In this document: positions 19,172-20,000 of the stretch, piece by piece | Layout of the letters: each line of letters begins with the position of its first letter | Numbering within the stretch: position 1 is the first letter of the stretch | DNA from: Halocafeteria seosinensis | Taxonomy: Eukaryota | Reading direction: 5' to 3' | DNA: 20,000 nt | Assembly: GCA_001687465.1 (NCBI GenBank) | Contig: LVLI01000369.1 | Span: 46,102 to 66,101, forward strand | Notes under the pieces: generated by a model | Told to the model about the DNA's origin: nothing | The model's database searches: none | Seen by the model: the letters and a program-made list of their open reading frames with translations, nothing else | Made by a program: the position numbers and the translations under genes

Positions 19172-20000
19172 TTTCTTAATAATTTTCTTTCTCTGCAGCC
19201 GTCTCCAATGCGTGCTCGTAGCTCAGTAGTAGCTATACAAAATGTAATCGATTATGACGAACAAATGAATTTCTTGTTATCCTGGGGCCTGTATGCTTTG
19301 GCGATAATGGTTGAAACTTTCCCCTGCGTTTACAAAACTGCGACATGTCCTAGTGTCTCCCTTGGCCCGGTTCCCCCTTTGTTCTCCCCCGTTCGTTGAA
19401 GTTGAACCGCCGAACGACGCGTCATCATCACTTGGTGACCGAGTCCCCCACCCCACCCTCCTCACAGAGCAACAAGCCCAGCTGCCGCCCTACGCATAAC
19501 GCATCATTGGACCAGTTCCGTACTTGCTCTAGCACATTTGCTGGTAACAACGGAGCCTAGGTAGACACTGCGGTAGACAACAAACGAGGTCGTGTAGTCG
19601 GATCTCAGAGGCCAGGAGACTTGGGACTGTGGGAGCTGGAACTGCAACTGTGCATTCATTGGCACTTAATGGGCCCTTGCGCTTCCTCTACCATGGTATT
19701 TTTTGTCCCTCAAAGGTCAATCAGCTACTGTGCCTGCCTAATTGCTAGGCTTTGGTTCTCCCTTTGCCTTTGCATCTTTCGAATTATGTGATCATACAGA
19801 TGTATTGTCCACAGACTACGCAGGGACAAACTGCCCACTCGTGTCGTGACTCGTGCCCATGACCACGGTCTTGGCGTTGGCGCCGCTGTGGCAGGCTCAG
19901 GGTCTTCTCCTGCCAGACTGAGCCTTGTCGGTACCTCTGACATTGTGGGCGCAGGCATGGCTCCTCCCCCGATGCCTCCTGAGCTTAACCAGTGCTGTGT

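Noticed and set aside
19213..19235. tRNA A-box/D-arm-like TAGCTCAGTAGTAGCTA
   Set aside because: No anticodon arm, no GTTCRA T-loop at the proper distance and no acceptor-stem pairing.
1..20000. Prokaryotic operon, CRISPR array, transposon, viral insert or rRNA
   Set aside because: No repeat-spacer arrays, terminal repeats, or transposase/RT/integrase/capsid motifs were seen. The genes are eukaryote-specific and most are spliced.

Overview
Gene-dense eukaryotic nuclear DNA in the standard genetic code (TAA, TAG and TGA all act as stops), probably from a flagellated protist. A stramenopile/SAR affinity is only a guess from intron style. Six protein-coding genes alternate strictly in strand (+ - + - + -): an intronless 2570-aa CFAP65-like ciliary protein, a 2-exon UFSP2-like UFM1 protease, a 5-exon ATG9, a 5-exon cyclase-associated protein (CAP/Srv2), a 2-exon mitochondrial protein, and a secreted LRR protein. 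I resolved ten short GT-AG introns (60-138 nt) by hand, and all restore continuous reading frames. The most notable item is the mitochondrial gene at 17179-18084: a lipoyl domain resembling that of 2-oxoglutarate dehydrogenase E2, joined to Kgd4/MRPS36-type motifs, with no E2 catalytic core. Also notable are the 47-bp head-to-head spacing of UFSP2 and ATG9, a possible built-in membrane anchor on UFSP2, and long in-frame insertions in conserved proteins despite tiny introns and spacers. Family assignments come from recalled motifs; no database search was run. The ends (1-697 and 19172-20000) could not be confidently annotated.
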